This document shows positions 63,122 to 64,000 of a DNA stretch of 64,000 bases, one piece after another. The notes under the pieces were generated by a model. It was not told the DNA's origin. It searched no databases and was given only the letters and a program-made list of their open reading frames with translations. This DNA is from Owenia fusiformis (Eukaryota). The stretch covers positions 20,584,001 through 20,648,000 of the forward strand of contig CAIIXF020000001.1 in NCBI GenBank assembly GCA_903813345.2, given 5' to 3'. Numbering within the stretch: the first letter of the stretch is position 1; each line of letters opens with the position of its first letter. The position numbers and the translations under genes are program-made.

Positions 63122-64000
63122 GTAAATTAATATCATTATTGAATTATCAATATTATGAATTACAATTTGCTGATTTAATCTCATGATATTGCCATGGTTT
63201 CCTGGTGGATGTTAATTTTATATAAAAGGCAGTGATCTCCCACTATTAAGCAAGTGGGGACCCACCTGAGATATTGACAATAAGCTTATGCCCACCTGAA
63301 AATCCATTTGCACCTACTTGAAAATTGGCATATTTTGTTTGGTCTGAAGTGTGAATATGAGAATCTTGCAAATCTGTTGAGAATACTGCAAGAATTTTAA
63401 TTTGGGTTATCTAGAATCAGAATAGACACACAAAATTCATTGTTTTGAAATGCTACTGTGTCCTTATTCCTTACCTTCCCCTTTCCAATCATAAATTCAA
63501 AGCCTAGGACAAAACAGCATTTGATGATTCTTTTTTGGCCCCTCTCAACTATTAAATGGTTGATTACTTTGTGTAGTTCATGGTGAATACTAAGTTTCTG
63601 TGGTTTGATAATTTAATACATGTATTTGATGGTTGCTATTCATTAGTTAACAGCATTGCTGAAAGGACAGCCTGTGATTGTGATAAACATATCTAGTTGC
63701 AGACTGATACACTTGATAAAAGTAATTATGCTGCATACATCATACATACTTATTATATCTGAACAGCAGCCACACCCTTTTTACAGAAGTCTAGCTAGGT
63801 AGTTTTGCTCTGTAGAATATTAATGTATGGATGCCTTAAAGGAATATGAAACTAAACATCTCTAAATCTTTATGTCCAAGAAAACATGGCAAGTTATATA
63901 ATTAACCCATACAAATGAAATTAGTACAGCCATCTTTATTGGGGTGTTTCGTAAGAGTGATTACTAAATGCAGTTTTCAGCAGTTTTATTGTCATTAGCT

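Overview
AT-rich eukaryotic genomic DNA with GT-AG introns. Gene and repeat content suggest an invertebrate, probably a mollusc or other lophotrochozoan (inference). No prokaryotic operons, rRNA, tRNA or CRISPR arrays are supported. Six spliced genes were reconstructed by hand: (1) the 3' end of a MaoC/hotdog dehydratase (HtdX-like, +); (2) a PLPPR/PAP2-family gene whose catalytic His is replaced (+); (3,4) two head-to-head gamma-glutamyltransferase paralogues (-/+) sharing a 93-bp near-identical tract; (5) a 15-exon NRF-6/acyltransferase-3 gene whose conserved AT3 motifs are substituted throughout (+); (6) the 5' part of KANSL1 (+). An intronless minus-strand ORF at 52775-53125 looks like an undescribed secreted peptide precursor (signal peptide plus KK-flanked NARPPWI repeats). 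Non-coding space holds many non-autonomous DNA elements: a 3.2-kb CACTG-ended element with about 250-bp TIRs and a 6-bp TSD, 9-bp-TSD MULE-like MITEs, TTAA Kolobok-like MITEs, TAA Harbinger-like MITEs, and Helentron/HINE-like elements carrying tandem repeats. Exon boundaries were read by eye and may be off by a few bases. Reference motifs are quoted from memory, not from a search.
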